From positions 27,654,001-27,718,000 of the forward strand of contig NC_045696.1 of NCBI RefSeq assembly GCF_009834535.1: a DNA stretch of 64,000 nt. Direction: 5' to 3'. Below, one piece after another: positions 63,023 through 64,000 of this stretch. Source of the stretch: Camelus ferus (taxonomy: Eukaryota). The notes beneath the pieces were generated by a model. The model did no database searches. It was given only the letters and a program-made list of their open reading frames with translations, and was not told where the DNA came from. The stretch's first letter is position 1, and each line of letters begins with the position of its first letter. A program made the position numbers and the translations under genes.

Positions 63023-64000
63023 CTTACATAAAAATATATAAAATATAACAAGGCAATATATAAATTAAAACTATGTGCTAAAATAAAATAAAAGGAGAGG
63101 CATAAAAAATGGAGCCAGAAGTGAGACTTGTAAAGAAAACAAGAAAAATAACGTAGTTACCAAAGCCAACTAAGGTTCTCTGAGTAACCTAAATCAGTTC
63201 CAAACTTCCTAGCAGACACTGTGAAAAACAAGACCCAATGGGTTGCTAATTCATAATGTTTATTAGATGAAAGCATACTGATTACTTAGAAGAAATCATT
63301 TTTAATCCTATGTTTATTTGTAGCAGCTTGGGCCAAGTTCTGATCTTCAGGTTATAATGAACTACAAAAGTCCCCAAACAAACTAACAAACAGGAAATAA
63401 TCACCTTCTATCTTCTAAAAGTCGAACATCTTCTTTTGGCTAAATCTCTTTATTCTATTCACTAAAACATTTTCATTCTTTTAACTAAAATGTCCCAGTA
63501 TTCTGAATTTAATGGTTCCCTTGGGAGACAGCATCCCTGGAAGAGTCTTCTCCCTGGACCCACCCTGTGAGGAATAGGCAAGTTCCACCCGGGAGAGTGG
63601 ATTTCAAAGTTCTCTGAAGGAGGGGTTGGTTATCTCGCAGACTGTCTTTCTGTTAGTTTGGAGCAATCACAGACTTGACATACAGTTGTATTAAAAGAGA
63701 GTACAAAACTGCATTGCTCACAGTTAAAAATGTGTATCACATTATTTGCATTTGTTAATCCTAAATCTTTCCAGCTATCTCTCCTACTTTATCAACCCTG
63801 TGAATTGTGTGACAGATTATACTGAAATACCATTTCTAGGATATGCCGTACACTTAGGTGCATTTTCTTCTGCTTAAGACATTTACTCTTTCAGTCTGAA
63901 ATGCCTTTCTACCCTTATCTAAGATAAAGAATTTATTTACCCTTTAAGACTCAGACATGCTAACTCTTGATCCTCCCCACAAGAGTTAATAGCTTTTTAT

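Larger units (their letters stand above)
22026..64000 (-). other. ROBO1: ROBO1 intron upstream of the 84-nt exon (continues beyond window)
   Basis: Follows from exon orientation. No sequence encoding the ROBO1a signal peptide (MKWKH...) was recognised in this part of the window. Confidence 0.85.

Noticed and set aside
1..64000. Remaining 60-130 aa ORFs in the six-frame track
   Set aside because: Short, often non-ATG starts, compositionally biased or inside repeats, with no recognisable homology. This is consistent with random ORFs in intronic DNA.

Overview
AT-rich, CpG-depleted mammalian genomic DNA. It is very probably camelid (alpaca/llama/camel), because two tRNA-Ala-derived Vic-1-type SINEs are present. 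The window lies inside the ROBO1 (Roundabout 1) gene, transcribed on the minus strand. The only confidently recognisable coding sequence is one 84-nt, phase 1-1 exon at 21942-22025 encoding (D)[27 protein letters not shown](G), the ROBO1 isoform-a segment between the signal peptide and SRLRQEDFPP. The rest is intron containing a decayed ERV-L provirus, LTRs, L1/HAL1/L2/MIR elements, hAT DNA transposons (MER5, MER33, MER63), microsatellites and several repeat-free candidate regulatory blocks. The most interesting observation is that the intron directly upstream of the exon is open and in frame for 61 codons. It starts at a well-contexted ATG, encodes a signal-peptide-like then Thr-rich sequence, and lies under a CpG-enriched promoter-like patch, which suggests an alternative ROBO1 first exon. 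Repeat family names come from recalled consensus similarity and their boundaries are approximate. No prokaryotic-type system (CRISPR, operon) is present.
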